DNA of 64,000 bases from the NCBI GenBank assembly GCA_038087875.1, contig JAXLNO010002420.1, positions 1-64,000 on the forward strand, given 5' to 3'. Position numbers and translations under genes: made by a program. Position 1 is the first letter of the stretch. The number at the start of each line of letters is the position of its first letter. Positions 63,431 to 64,000 of this stretch are shown piece after piece. The notes under the pieces are model-generated. The model was given only the letters and a program-made list of their open reading frames with translations, had not been told where the DNA came from and searched no databases. Source of the stretch: Malacoraja senta. Its lineage: Eukaryota.

Positions 63431-63720
63431 ATAACCATATAATATAACCATATAACAATTACAGCACGGAAACAGGCCATCTCGACCCTTCTAGTCCGTG
63501 CCGAACACGTATTCTTCCCTAGTCCCATATACCTGCGCTCAGACCATAACCCTCCATTCCTTTCCCGTCCATATAACTATCCTATTTATTTTTAAATGAT
63601 AAAAACGAACTTGCCTCCACCACCTTCACTGGAAGCTCATTCCACACAGCCACCACTCTCTGAGTAAAGAAGTTCCCCCTCATGTTACCCCTAAACTTCT
63701 GTCCCTTAATTCTCAAGTCA
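63430..63720 (-). mobile_element. CR1 3' end fragment
   Basis: ORF 63582..63788 (FFTQRVVAVWNELP) and a (CCATATAA)n tail. Confidence 0.78.
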
Positions 63721-64000
63721 ACCCTTAACTCTAAACTAACCTTAAAAACCACAAAAATTACTGATTTATTGCAAGTAGCTAGATTCAAAACTATTTAAAC
63801 TACTGAAGACGGGTCCTGACTCAAAACATTACCTGTCCATTCCAACCACAGATGCTGCCTGACTCACTGAGTTCCTCCAGTATTTCATTGCTCAAGATTC
63901 CAACATGTCTCGATATTAACTACTTCTTTGAATAACACTGTTGTTTGGTATTTTTATGATATTTTTACGGTAGAATTGCATGCTGAAATGTTCATACCTT

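Overview
AT-rich, repeat-dense vertebrate genomic DNA. The repeat content (CR1/HER1-type LINEs, V-domain HE1-type SINEs, Penelope-like elements) points to a cartilaginous fish, probably a skate or ray; this is an inference. The only host gene I can support is a divergent non-classical MHC class I-like gene on the + strand. Its exons are: leader 14954-15005, alpha1 18942-19202, alpha2 20953-21228, alpha3 22433-22705 and TM/cytoplasmic from 30528. All four introns up to the TM exon are canonical phase-1 GT-AG, and an X-Y-CCAAT promoter module sits at about 14772-14880. The predicted groove has lost most classical peptide-anchoring residues and is strongly hydrophobic. The alpha3 exon has an in-frame TAG in the GFYP motif (22510-22512), and a Tc1 transposon lies 13 nt upstream of the TM exon. 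The rest of the window is mobile DNA. It includes a CR1>hAT>L1 nest, a second hAT inside a CR1, an IR/DR Tc1 containing a SINE, a small Helitron, two Harbinger-like MITEs, Rex1-like fragments, and many Penelope-derived termini with hammerhead-ribozyme-like cores and fold-back structures. Edges of degenerate repeats are approximate. No database search or computation was run.
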